A stretch of DNA of 64,000 bases. Source: Octopus vulgaris (Eukaryota). Where the stretch lies: NCBI GenBank assembly GCA_951406725.2, contig OX597823.1:69936001-70000000 (forward strand), read 5' to 3'. Below are positions 42,860-55,796 of the stretch, one piece after another (the stretch's first letter is position 1; the number at the start of each line of letters is the position of its first letter). Below the pieces are notes generated by a model. It was given only the letters and a program-made list of their open reading frames with translations, was not told the DNA's origin and did no database searches. The translations under genes and the position numbers were made by a program.

Positions 42860-43240
42860 TCTCTCTATATATAAACGGCAGTTTGTCTGTGCGTGTTTCT
42901 GTGTGTCTGTTTGCTTGTACACTCACCCTGACCACGGCTTTCAACCGATTCTGATGAAACTTGACACACACATAGCCCAATGTCATAATTCAAAACTAAC
43001 GCAGCGAAAATTTTGAAAAGTTCCCCCAGTTCTGAAAAAAATCGATAAATTCGACATGGAGTCGAGAATCAGAAACACAAACCGCAAAGTGTCTAGGGGA
43101 CGCGACTCCACCTTTTTTAACAAAAAAAAATTTACCATCATTTTTTTCCATTTTTTTGCTATTTTTTGGCTATAACTCTCTAAAAATGCTTTATAGTTAT
43201 TTCCCTTACAAACCTGAGCAACGCCGGGCGATACTGCTAG
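42860..43240 (+). mobile_element. Non-autonomous Helitron-like element, copy 3
   Basis: A|TCTCTCTATATATAAACGG ... GAGCAACGCCGGGCGATACTGCTAG|T. Confidence 0.8.
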
Positions 43241-44413
43241 TTAAGAATAAATATGCAAGTCTTGTAGTATATACATATATATGTATACCTCTGTGTGTAT
43301 GTGTGTGTATGTGTGTGCGGGTGTATCTATCTATTTATCTATCTATGTCTAAAGCTCTAATATAATTTAATATTTCATGAAGTAGAGTTATAACTCTTAT
43401 TAGGTTACTATTTCGCAGAATTGATTCCGTTCCGCTTTCTAGAATCTGGTGTAAACTGCTATAACATCAAAGAAAGAAAAGCTTACATATTCTTGCAGGA
43501 ATATACAATGGCATATTGTACAGCTCACTGATAATATAACATAATGGAGAAAGAATGTTTTATCTATTCTGCCTTTGACAATCTTGTAAATGGATATTCT
43601 TTTACCCAGTTGTGTTTAGTCAGCAGGAACAGACCCTATCCTTCTACAGTGTCTTGCAGATCAGCAGACAGGAATGGAAAAGTCAAGAATTCTACAATCT
43701 CTCCCTAATTCCATCACTCATACAATCACGTACTCACGCAATATTTTGTTAAAAGTTCCAGGAGTAATGTTGTTTGGAATGTCTATAGAATGACATCACT
43801 ACACCTGGAACATTTTAATAAAATCATTTACATAACCCAAAAACCACACATTCTACTCACTCTAAATGCAGTTTTATAAATTTTCCAAATCCTATACTCG
43901 TGGATAAGAAGTGGACTTCAGCAATTTTTCAGCTATAATATTTATTGACAATCCAAAGGAACTAACTTAAGTTTATGTAAATTTGTGTTACAACCGCTAC
44001 CGAAATATATTTACATTTAGTCCATGATTTCTCATGCATTACGTCAGTCACTTTATAGTCTGCTTTAAATCAGATTGATGTTTAAGCCTTCAGAACATAC
44101 ACCGGTCGTATCCAGCCAAAATAACCTAGCTGTTTTATCTTCAAACTAACCAGACCTAGGCTCTCATATTTACCCTGTAATATTATTCTAAAAATAAGCA
44201 ATAACATCATTGAAATTTCAAAGCTGCAAGATAATGCTTGACAAATTGAAATCAATGTGAATAAATTAGCATTAGATTTGACAGAGAAATCTGAATGCTC
44301 AAAGGAGGTAAAGAAACACTGGTTTAACCCAAACAAGGTCAAATATCTTCTTTTGTGCATTATTTACATTATTTACATTCAACAGATATTTGTCCTCATC
44401 TTGCTTATTGTTA

Positions 44414-44458
44414 TCACAACGTTTCGGCTGATATACCCTCCAGCCTTCTTCAGGTGTC
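44414..44458 (-). ncRNA. Minimal type I hammerhead ribozyme motif
   Basis: cac-CUGAAGA-a-ggcug/cagcc-GAAAC-GUU-gug on the minus strand. Confidence 0.7.
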
Positions 44459-44658
44459 TTGGGGAAATTTCGAACCTGGGTTCTCATTCCTAAGGTATTT
44501 TTCGATGATGTTGTTGTTGTTGTTGTTCAGGTCACTGCTTGGAATCGAACTCGGAATCTTGGGATTAGTAGCCCGCGCTCTTAACCCCAAGATTCCGAGT
44601 TCGAATCCAGGCAGTGCCCTGAACAATAATAATAATGATAATGATGATGATGATGATG

Positions 44659-44750
<92 letters not shown>

Positions 44751-44754
<4 letters not shown>

Positions 44755-45306
44755 GCCCTGATGCAGTACCAGACAGTGGCTCCCATGGCTTCTGATCTTA
44801 ACTGATTGGAAGTGTTATCTTGTACATTGTTTTATCTTGGTACAAAAGATGGGCTACAGCAAATATTCTGCTCAATACCACAGATTTGCTTGTCAGTTGT
44901 TTGACCTTAACCAGTTGAGTATGTCCCTTAGTGGCTGACAATATGTGCATCTCTGATCACGAGTAGAAGTAGTGGAGGAGCATCATAGCCATGTGTTGAG
45001 AGGAATTCTTTGGGGTTTGAATAATTCACACTTGGAAATATGAGTGTTTCGTTCAACATCCTTAAACAACCCTGTTTCAGGGACCTTTTGAGCAGGATGG
45101 GCTACTCGACCAGAAGAAAATTCTAACTGCGCCCCACCTGCAAGGTCATGTGCTGTTTATCTTGATATGAAATCATGTCGTGCACATATGGTTGTGATGC
45201 ATGTTCCTGGTACACCCTTATCAGACAGGTAGTCATGATGGGTATGCTGGGCTTCGTATATTTTACCCCAGTGTCACTTTGATGGTATGCACTGCTCTCT
45301 CACTCA
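44751..45306 (+). mobile_element. ~560-bp (AAT)n-embedded repeat (family D), copy 2
   Basis: Same ends as 17219-17778; (AAT)n on both sides. Confidence 0.8.
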
Positions 45307-45375
45307 ATAATGATAATAATAATAACATCGAAAAATACCTTAGGAATGAGAACTCAAGTTCGAAATTTCCCCCAA

Positions 45376-45421
45376 GACACCTGAAGAAGGCTGGAGGGTA
45401 TATCAGCCGAAACGTTGTGTT
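45376..45421 (+). ncRNA. Minimal type I hammerhead ribozyme motif
   Basis: gacac-CUGAAGA-a-ggcug(gaggguauau)cagcc-GAAAC-GUU-guguu; stem I gacac/guguu; palindromic loopless stem III AACGUU. Confidence 0.75.
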
Positions 45422-45809
45422 AACAACTAACAAGATGAAGACTAATATCCGTTGAATGTAAATAATGTAAATAAGGTAAATAATGCACATAATTCCTCAA
45501 CTCTTAAATATAGAACTGTCTTTTTTATTGTGCATGAAACTTGAGTTACTGTCAGAAACCATTGAATTTACATTTTATAAAATCTGTATTAAATGATAGC
45601 TGATATAAATGTTTGATGGCTGGCTGATTGATTGATTTCTCTAGTTACGCTTTACATAGTACCGAGAGAGAGAGCAAAACAGTAATAGAGGTGAGAGAAT
45701 AAAAGAGAGAGTTAACATAAAAGGTGCAGGATGAGTACACATACTAGGTTTGATGGCAGGCAGTGAGTAAAGGAAAGCTACATACACTCACACACTGTGC
45801 GAAAGAACT

Positions 45810-46120
45810 ATAAAGACGGTGTAGGAGAAGGGGTGGAGGGGAAGGGGAGAAAGACGGGGCGAGGCTAGAGGAGGAGGCGAGAAGGATGAGAGCGGAGGCA
45901 GGAGACGGAAGAGGAGGTAGAGGAGGAGGCAGGAGAAGAAGAAAAAGAAAAAGGAGAAGGGGAATAGGAAGAGAAGGAAGAAGAAGAGGAGGTAGAGGAG
46001 AGGAAGAAGAGAAGGAGAAGAATGACGTGGTGTAGGAGGTAGAGGAGGAAGAAGAGGAGGAAGAAGAGGAGGAATGGGAAGAAGAGGAGGAATGGGAAGA
46101 AGAGGAGGAAAGAGCAAATA
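45810..46120. repeat. GA-rich low-complexity tract
   Basis: Imperfect GAG/GAA repeats. Confidence 0.85.
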
Positions 46121-46356
46121 ACAGCATACAAAGATAACATCGTAGAAATAAAGCACTTGTTATAAAAAGAGAAAAAGACATAAAAATAATTACTATTTGG
46201 TAATTTATTCCGAATTTCGTTTTCGCAAATTTTCAATAATGTTTTTGTTTACATTTTGAAATGAGCTGTCAATTTACAAATCGCTTTTATATGTATCTTG
46301 TATGTGTGCGTGTGTGTGTGTATGTGTATGTATATTTATGTACGCATCTTATATAT

Positions 46357-46394
<38 letters not shown>

Positions 46395-47107
46395 GTATAT
46401 GTGTATGCATGCATGTATGTAGAGCGAGGGAGAGGTATAGGTCCAGTCTGATGTCTCACCACCAGTTTTGATTCTCATAACTTTCTGAAAAGTGCACTTT
46501 TTTAACGAAATTTTTACAAAAGCTAGCTTTTCGATAGAGTAGGTTGCAATTATGTGATTAAATTGACAAGATGTAGAAAAATAACAACATATTTATTACA
46601 AATATAAAAACAAGAAATTTGTTTTATTTCATTTATTTAAGATAGTAAATACTTCTCTTTCGAAAATTAGTATTCGTATCGTCATTTTGTAATCACAAAA
46701 TGATAAAATTTTGTAATTTTGTAAATGTTAAATTATGTATAATTATTTTAAGCATGCCATATATACTGATATTGCCGATGGTGACAAAAGTGTACTTCAA
46801 AAGTTACTTGTAGTATGATGGGCAACACTTTTGTAAATTCACAATTCTCAAAAGAACTAAGAGGTTGTTGCTGAACTTATCAACAAGCTAACCATATATG
46901 TGTGAATGTGTGTGTACATGTATATACATATGTATGTATATGTATATATGTATATATGTGTGTGTACATACATATATATACATACAGATGTATATGTATA
47001 TACATATACATATATGTATATATACATACACATTCAAAATGTGACCGCATGTGTGCCGTTGGCGATTTTTTTCCTCCGTCTTCCCTTTGGATCTTTCCTT
47101 TTCCTAT

Positions 47108-47142
47108 GTTTCTGACGAAGAGCTCCGCTCGAAACGTTAAAC
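47108..47142 (+). ncRNA. Minimal type I hammerhead in a ~200-bp (TA)n-embedded element (~47036-47240)
   Basis: guuu-CUGACGA-a-gagc(ucc)gcuc-GAAAC-GUU-aaac; all stems pair. Confidence 0.75.
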
Positions 47143-47236
47143 CCCCTTCTTTCCTGAGCCTCCAATAATACTATACTTGTTCCACGTCCTCGCGTTGTTG
47201 TGTTTTCTCTTTGTGTTTTTATGTTTGGATTAACGT

Positions 47237-47310
<74 letters not shown>

Positions 47311-47316
<6 letters not shown>

Positions 47317-48056
47317 TTGTCGACTCCTTATGCAGTCTGATCGCCGCTTGTACTTAAACCTTAGATCCATCATGGCGTCTGATGTGGCTTTTTAAACCTG
47401 ACACTGTATTGAAAAAACTCCCACATTGATTGCGTATCTGTTTTGGACCACCAAGAGCTGCAGTTAAGTTCTGAGCTTTATGGATCTTAAAAGGTATTTT
47501 TGAGGCCTCCATTATATTTGCAGACCTTATAGCATACACAGCATTGAAAGGTTTGCACAGATATATAGGCAGAGTAGTTGGTGTAGGTTCGTTTTTCCTG
47601 AGTCCACAAATAAGATTTGAGCCGAGCAAAAGAAAGGCATGGTCTGTCACAAACTGTGCACACAAAAAGGTCGCTGAGATTCACCTTCTCGATCGCAACA
47701 TACTTCTGTAAGTTTCTCTTGAGTCTTGCATGTGTTATCTTGGCCTCCCCAAAAGCTTTCACTCCACTCCACACTTTTATTCGCCATCCAACTCGATCCG
47801 AAGCAATGGTTTCTATGGCATTTGGATCCTTTCTAAGTGACTTCATGGTAGTCCTTATGTCGCCCTTAAACCTTTTTTTAAGTTTACACCGATTGCGTTT
47901 CCCCTCTGCCAGCTCACCATAAAATAGTCGTTTGAGTGTGCGTTCTTCCGCCGTTCAAACAATATGGCCCGACCATCTCATTTGGTTTTTCAGAATTATT
48001 GATCTAATCGAAGTGATTCCTACAGACGCAAAGACATCTGTGTCTGGAGTAAAAAA
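47311..48056 (-). mobile_element. RTE (BovB-like) LINE 3' fragment
   Basis: The minus strand encodes QMRWSGHIV..KRLFYGELAEGKR..KKRFKGDI..IASDRVGWR plus C-terminal CxxC..GLKSH fingers; a short 3' UTR runs into (TA)n. Confidence 0.9.
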
Positions 48057-48058
48057 TC

Positions 48059-48331
48059 ATTACATGCTTAAGGTGTGGTAATAATTATATTGGCCAAACA
48101 GGAATATTACCCGGTCGAAGAACAACTCTCCACAAACAACAAATCCGCCACCCACAATACAGACAGATACAGGTTAGTGAACACATAGAAAGGTATGCTA
48201 GGAATCTTAATCCTAATTTCCTAAGTTTCCCCTTCTATCAATGTTCACAGAACACCTCAGCACAATAAAGAATGAATAAAGAGGCAACTTATATCAAAAA
48301 ATATCTTCCCCAACTCAATGTGAACACATAA
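48059..48331 (+). pseudogene. Penelope-like element GIY-YIG endonuclease C-terminal fragment
   Basis: ITCLRCGNNYIGQTG..RRTTLHKQQI..VSEH..FPFYQC..*RMNKEATYIKKYLPQLN; one internal stop. Confidence 0.8.
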
Positions 48332-48689
48332 CATAATACAGAACACTACTAACCTTTTAATACCACTAACCCCCATACATCCCATACACCATTCAAATTA
48401 TAGATCTATATCTACCCTAACAGCACCAAATCCAGAACTACTTACCTCCCTTACACATAATCTTTTTACTCAGGGGCTAATAGACCTGACATTGTTCATT
48501 AATCGGTGTGAATTCAAAGCAATGATTAATAAATTTAGGAAACCGGTATGCTTTTAACTCTCTTTAACAATTCACAATAATGACTTTTATTACTTTTATT
48601 CCTACCTCAGTTCATCTAATTGTATATATAATTGTATATATATTTCCAATGTGCATTTTGGCTTATTTTTTCTTCTTACTTCCCCCCTG

Positions 48690-48777
<88 letters not shown>

Positions 48778-49726
48778 TGTATGTATGTATGTATGTATGT
48801 ATGTATGTATATATATGTATGTATGAAAGAGAGACAGACAGACATATATAGAAGTTTAGATTATATACATATGTGCGTGTAAATATATATTAGTTAGTAT
48901 GCTGAAAAACGTTGATTACTGAGTAAACTAAACGAAAGTTTCATCTTGAGATTTGTTAAAATAAAATACTCGTAAAATAGTTATTAATGGATTGATCTAG
49001 CAGATATGTAAGGAATATAAAAAGGGAAATAAGGCAGAGATATACGATTTTTAAATAAAATAATATATATATATAATCTGAGATTGCTGATCTAGGTTAG
49101 AAAACTCGAGAGAAATTACAAGTATATTGAACAAATTTCCTTATTTAGAAAGAAAGGAAGCACGTTTCCAAAATAGTCCAATGAAAATATAGGATGTGTT
49201 GTGTTACAAATATACGATATACAACGTTGAATAGAGATTAGAAGTCATTGAAAGAAACCTTATAAATTTAGAGATGCTGAAGGCAAAGTCAAAGAACAGA
49301 AAATATATTATAGTTGAACCGTAAATAACAATTCTTTAATGATTTCGGTTTTATATTGGTAATAAAAAAAAATCTGTCAACTTTGTAAAATTAAAATCTT
49401 TGAAATATACTTTTCGATTTTCTGGATGTGTTTATTCTCGTCCCTAGAACGTTTAAATCGTTACAACTTTGTAAATCTTTGATCTACCCTAACAGTTAAA
49501 TATCAAACACAGTAAATAAGTGTATAACTCATATAACTGTCACACTTATCCTTCACACCGTGTAAATTTAGTATAGTTCTTCATAACATTTCTACGTTAA
49601 CATCTAAATTATTGGATTTATACTTCTATAGTTCAAGCAGATAGACAGATACATATGTGTGTGTAAGGGGGAGAGAGAGAAAGTGTGTGTGTGTGTGTGT
49701 GTGTGTGTGCGCATGTTTGTGTGTAC

Positions 49727-49952
49727 CTTTTATCTTTTACTTGTTTCAGTCATTAGACTGCGGCCATACTGGGGTAGCGTCTTGAAGAATTTTCAGATGA
49801 ATGAATCAAGCTCAGTACTTTTTTTTTTTCTTAAGCGTGGTACTTATTGTATCGGCCTCTTTTGCCAAACTGCTAGTTTACGGGGACGTAAACACACCAA
49901 CACCGGTTGTCAAGCGGTGGTGGGGAGCAAAACACAGATACAAAGATGTAAC

Positions 49953-49989
<37 letters not shown>

Positions 49990-50149
49990 CGACGGGCTTC
50001 CTTCAGTTTCCGTCTACCAAATCCACTCACAAGGATTTGATCGGCCTGAGGCTACAGCAGAAGACACTTGCCCAAGGTGTCAAACAGTGGGACTGAACCC
50101 GAAACTGTGGTCGGGAAGCAAACTTCTTATTACACAGTCACACCTGCGC
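49727..50149 (-). mobile_element. SINE family B copy
   Basis: cttttacttgtttcagtcattagactgcggcc...gacgggcttccttcagtttccgtctacc...acagtcacacctgcg. Confidence 0.85.
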
Positions 50150-50522
50150 ATGAAGACAAGCATTTATATGAAGATATACAGATAATCATATTGAAATACA
50201 CACACCAATGTGTGTGTGTGTTTGTCTGTTGTGTGTGTGTGTGTGTGCACGCGTGTGTGTGTGTGCGCGCATGTGTGTGTGTGCACGCGTATGTGTCTGT
50301 GTCTGTGTGTATATGTGTGTGTGCGTGTATGTATGTATATATATATGTGTGTGTTTATGAGTGCGTGTGTATGTGAGTGTGTGTGTGTGTGTGTGTATGT
50401 ACACGCACAGACACATACACGAACGCACGCACACATGAAAAAGGATCAAAGTTCCTTCCTGAGCCATAATCTCACAAAGTTGCTGCCAGGTATTCTGTGG
50501 CGTATATATTCCGCCACTCCAC

Positions 50523-50587
<65 letters not shown>

Positions 50588-50627
50588 TGCATACATACAC
50601 ACACACATACACACACACATATACACT

Positions 50628-50783
50628 GGGCAGGTACGCCAGTCCGTTACAGGATTACTCATTTTTGCTAACTGAAAGAACTGGAGTAACGTGATATGAA
50701 GTGTTTTGCTCAAGAGCACAGGAATCGAAACCACAATCTTACGATCATGAGTGCAACACTAACACTAAGACACAGCCCTCCAC
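50628..50783 (-). mobile_element. SINE family C fragment
   Basis: actcatttttgctaactg...gctcaagagcacaggaatcgaaaccacaatcttacgatc. Confidence 0.7.
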
Positions 50784-50822
50784 GTATACAAATCATATAT
50801 ATACACACACACACATATGCAC

Positions 50823-50892
<70 letters not shown>

Positions 50893-50928
50893 CGATAGAT
50901 GATAGATGATAGATGATAGATAGATACA

Positions 50929-50959
<31 letters not shown>

Positions 50960-51888
50960 GTGTATATGTGCTTGTGTATGCGTGTGTGTGTAGTTATATA
51001 AGAGAATATCCTGGCATATCTATATATTTCATAATTATGAAGTATATTTATCTATTTTTATATATTCTTGTATTTTTTAATACATAGTTCAGATATTTTC
51101 GAGTATTATTTTTTTACAAACTCCATCATTTATATTTTAATATTTGTTTTCAATTTTAATCTATTTACTTCATATGTCTATTTATGTGAACATATATAAT
51201 TATCCATTCCAATATTTTCTATTATAATTCTTTAATAGTTATCAATTTATTTCATATAAGATACCATACTACCTAGTTATTACCAATTTTCAACACATTC
51301 CTCACTGGTATACGAACGTTAATTTAAAATGCAACCATATTTCATACACCACTCTTATTCTTTATAATTTTAGGTTATTTATTCTGAATTTATCAGATAA
51401 TATTTGACTTACGTTTATAACTCTGAAATCATTCTGTCTCATTTCAATTCGATATCCCATTCACACACAACTCCTATTAACATTCATTCGTCGCTATCAC
51501 ACAAATACTACCTAACTATCGTTTACCACTGTAGTCACTTAAGTATAAATAGCAACCACATATGGTTAGATTATGTCTACAATTTCAATATCCGTTTTTA
51601 CTTTTCGTTTCATATGTACTTTTATATAAAAATTGGTTCTATTTAGTTTTGCACCGTTTAATAAAAATATATACTTCCTTCAAATAGTTAATCAAATTTT
51701 TGAAAACATTCCATTTAACCATCCAACTACGCTGCCCACTATTCCTGGAAGGATCGTGGTGGTAGAGACCTCAGGCACCTCTTCCGAAGGGTCCTATCAG
51801 AAGCAATAGTCACTATACTTTCCGGCTAGATTCCTAAGCGGGACCGAGACTATGGATATTATACAGCCATCACGTTCTTCATCTACCC

Positions 51889-52190
51889 CAGGGGTTCTTA
51901 AAGTGGGCGGTACTGCCCTTCTGTGAGCGGTGGAAAGATCAAGAGGGGCGTTGAAGAAAAGTGGGGCAATAATAGGGTAACCAAAAGAGGTGGTGATAGA
52001 TGTAAACCCCCTCACCACACCGTCTAAAAATAATGGATTAACTATGTTAAGCTTTATTTGTGAAATACTGTTGTTTTGAATTTGCTGCAGAAAGTGGTCT
52101 ACGTTTGTGGTGCTGGATGGAGATGGTTGCGCTTGGAATGTGGCTCGAGTGTCAAGGGGGCGGCAGCCCGAAAACGTTTGGGAATCACTG
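51889..52190. mobile_element. hAT-superfamily MITE (302 bp)
   Basis: Imperfect TIRs CAGGGGTTCTTAAA / TTTGGGAATCACTG and a perfect 8-bp TSD ATCTACCC at 51881-51888 and 52191-52198. Confidence 0.9.
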
Positions 52191-52221
52191 ATCTACCCCT
52201 ACATCGGCTGCCAGTTGGTCC

Positions 52222-52483
52222 ATTAAATAAGTACCAGTTACGCACTGGGGTCGATGTAATCGACTTAATCCGTTTGTCTGTTTGTCCCCTCTGTGTTTAG
52301 CCCCTTGTGGATAGAAAAGAAACAGGTATTTCGTCTGCCGCTACGTTCTGAGTTCAAATTCCGCCGAGGTCGACTTTACCTTTCATCTTTTTGGAGTCGA
52401 TAAAATAAGTACCAGTTTCGTTTGATCTAATCGACTGGCCCCCTCCCAAAAAAATTTGGGCCTTGTGCCTAGAGTAGAAAAGT
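52222..52483 (+). mobile_element. SINE family A dimer, 5' truncated
   Basis: Internal-type tail followed by a second body and the terminal tail. Confidence 0.85.
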
Positions 52484-52514
52484 ATATTATATTATATTTA
52501 TAATGTATAATACA

Positions 52515-52851
52515 TAGAAGACGGATTGCTCAGTAGTTAGGTCGTCGGGCAAACAATCATGAGGTAATGAGTTCGATTCCTGTACCAGGCTGTTGTGTTC
52601 TTGAGCAAGACACTTTATTTCACGTTGCTTCAGTTCACTCATCTGTACAAATGAGTTGCGACATCACTGATGCCAATCTATATTGGCTTTGCTTTTTCCC
52701 TCCGATAGCATCAGTGGCGTGGAGAGAGGAGGCTGGTAGGCATGGGCAACTACTGCTCTTCCATAAACAATCTTGTCCTGACTTGTGCCTAAGAGAGGAA
52801 CTCTCTAGGAGCAATCCTATGGTCATTCATGACCGAAGGCGGTCTTTACCT
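52515..52851 (+). mobile_element. SINE family C copy
   Basis: ttgctcagtagttag (A box), gagttcgattcc (B box), ttgtgttcttgagcaagacactttatttcacgttgc; 3' part shared with 12580-12780. Confidence 0.8.
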
Positions 52852-53544
52852 TTTTTTAAATATAATATATATTATATATGCTTTTTGTACTAACTTTACA
52901 TTTTCTCCAATGTACTTTCCCCAAAATCATAGAAAATATTTAAAATATCAAGCAACTATTATTTCACATTAATATAATCTCTTTCTTAACACCGCTATTT
53001 AACCATTTCCAGTATGTTTTCTTCTGTAGCAGTTCTGTTTTGCTTCTTGTAATGGTATATCCTTTGTAAGAAAACAACCATCTTACCAAATATGTATTTC
53101 CCGTTTCGTTTTTATTTTTGCAACCAAATAGTCATATATTTGCTTATATCATTTCATACATCTATTACTTCTATCTTCACATCTCAGAGAGCAATTTGTT
53201 CTACAAACGATTAAACAGATAAAGGTATCAGATAGAGCCACTTGTTACTATTCGAAAAAGCAGGGTTTTTTCTAACATTCGAAATTTTCATCTTACAATA
53301 TAGATATATATTGTTGTCATCATAAGAATATATAGACTTCAAAACAAAAAAAACAAGAAATAATTATTTTGGGGGAATGTTGGATCTTGAAGCAGATAAG
53401 CAGTAAAAAATAGTGTGTAAATATTTTGTTAAAACACCTCTTTTGAACAGAAAAAGTCAAAATCTGCCCATAGGTTCGAACTCACATTTCTAGTATATAT
53501 ATGAGAGTCATTCTACGATTGGACTAAAAAAAATAATAAGTGCG

Positions 53545-53791
53545 CCCTTTTTAAAGCCTAGTCAAACTCATGAGCCTGATTTTCCGATTTCTATGGCGTA
53601 TATTTTCCACAGCTGGACGGGACACCAGTCCATCGCAGCACTACTCATTTTTGCCAGCTGAGTGGACTGGAGCAACGTGAAATGAAGTGTTGTGCTCAAG
53701 AACACAACGCGTCGCTCGGTCCAGGAATCAAAACCACAATCTTACGATCATGGTGCTGACACCATAACCACTAAGCCACGCGCCTCCACAC
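53545..53791 (-). mobile_element. SINE family C copy
   Basis: actcatttttgccagctgagtggactggagcaacgtgaaatgaagtg...ccactaagccacgcgcctccac. Confidence 0.8.
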
Positions 53792-53927
53792 GATTGGACT
53801 AACCATTCCTTTATTCTTTCAAGCAAGAATTGTACCTTGTTGACGTCATAAGAATTTATAAACTTTAAGAGAATATGAAATAATTCTGTTGGATGATGAA
53901 GCAGATAAGCTACACATTATATAGCTA

Positions 53928-54330
53928 TACAAGCGTAGGTAAGTAAAAATTATATTCATTCTTGTTTCTGTAATTTGTTAAAACAAAAGCAAGGCTTGAA
54001 CAATTGCATCATTTTTCGACATATGCACTTCTTCCAGTGACCCATGAACTTGTTTATTCTATCGGAGAAGGTTTTTGGCAGGCCGCGCTGCCATTTCTGC
54101 ACCGCTTCGTCTGTAGCAAATAGTCGGCTTCATAAAGTATGTCTGGGCAGTCCAAAAGGTATGTCTGGACAGTCCAAAAAGGTGATGGTCGAAAGAGTCG
54201 AGAGCTGGACTCTATGCAGCGTTCCAGCGACTCGAAACCCAATTTCTCAAAGATTCCAATGGTGAGAATAACTGTATATGGGCATGCGTTGTCGTGCAAC
54301 AATAACGCTTGCTTTGACAATAGACCTTAA
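53928..54330 (-). pseudogene. Old mariner transposase C-terminal remnant
   Basis: ALLLHDNACPYT (the LLHDNARPH motif) followed by a decayed SPDL.PSDF region. Confidence 0.65.
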
Positions 54331-54407
54331 CGTTTGGTGCGAATTGCTGGTTTCAATTCGTTGGTCAGCATTTTACTGTAGCCTACACTGGTGGCTAAGA
54401 ATGATAT

Positions 54408-54560
54408 GCTTAGCGGTACGGAGCCTGCCGCTATGTTCTGAGTTCAAATTCTACCGAATTCTACCAAATTCATTTGTCCGGGGCCGGTTAAATAAGTACC
54501 AGTTACGCACTGGGGTCGATGTAATCGACTTACCCCTCCCCCAAAATTTCAGGACTTGAG
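54408..54560 (+). mobile_element. SINE family A fragment
   Basis: gttctgagttcaaattc...taaataagtaccagttacgcactggggtcgatgtaatcgac. Confidence 0.75.
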
Positions 54561-55447
54561 CCTTTTAATAAAAAAGATTATTTTTTATTATTATTATACA
54601 CAACCACTCGCAAACACAAAAAATAAATAGAGAGAGAGAGGAGGTAAGAAAGAAAGAATGAAAGAGAGAGAAAGAGAGAAAGAGTCTGCGTGTGTGTGTG
54701 TGTGGAGGGAGGGAGAAGATAGGCGGAGAGATAGTGAATAAAGTTTCTCTCGTTGGTTTACGAAGTATACTGTGTTCTTGTTTACTTTTCGCCATTGAGC
54801 TGATCTTTGATCAAAGATATTCTAAACGAGAAAAGCTCGTCCAAAACAACATTATTCAATAAGCCCTTTGTTTTTCAGATAGTAATATCTAAAATAAAGA
54901 CAATCTTGCTGGTATTTCTTGCACGATAGGCGACCGAACAGAAGCCTCTCGCTGATTTGTAATCTGCATTGGGTGTATTGTGAAGTTTGGAGTGGTACTT
55001 GGAGTGATTCTAATATATTCATATTTCATCTGGATTGTTAGTTTATGCTTCTCATGCTAAAACTCATTTGAATATTGCTATATTTCGATAGTAACTGTAG
55101 TCAGTTGTAGCCAGTAGGACTAAGGAATGCAAAATAAACATCAAACAGTTTCCAATATAAATAGAATATTAGATTTTTAGCTCTCAGGCATAAACTATCA
55201 TTCTCTTGAAGCATGAATAGAATGAATATATGGAAATATGGAAAAACTTACACCACTTACTTGAACAGACACACATTTACACAAACTCACAGACAAGCAC
55301 GCATATGTACTCATACACTCAGACACACACACAAAGACACCGCATGCATATACACACAACACAAACTAGAAGTGTTTTTCAGAGCATGATTTTAATATTT
55401 CATACACGTGTGTGTATGAATATACGTATAAGTATAGATATATATAC

Positions 55448-55526
<79 letters not shown>

Positions 55527-55584
55527 TGTATGTATGTATAATAAACACATTTTTTTCAACCTGCCGTACTGAATGCACGGCAAT

Positions 55585-55758
55585 TCTTTTACCCGTTTCA
55601 GTCATTTGACTACGGCCATGCTACCCCACGACTTGTTCTTTGTAATCATAGTATTTATTCTATCGGGCTCTTTTGCCGAACCGCTAAGTTACGAGGACGT
55701 AAACACACCAACATCGGTTGTTAAGCGATGGGATGAGGGACAAACACGCACACACACA

Positions 55759-55796
<38 letters not shown>

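Larger units (their letters stand above)
44355..45490. mobile_element. Head-to-head foldback of a tRNA-headed, hammerhead-containing short element
   Basis: Outer arms 44355-44510 and 45320-45490 are inverted repeats; inner arms 44520-44562 and 44585-44626 are inverted tRNA-like heads; a family D element interrupts the right arm. Confidence 0.8.

Noticed and set aside
44520-44626. Possible tRNA gene
   Set aside because: B box and anticodon-like arm only; no complete acceptor stem, and it is part of a repeat.
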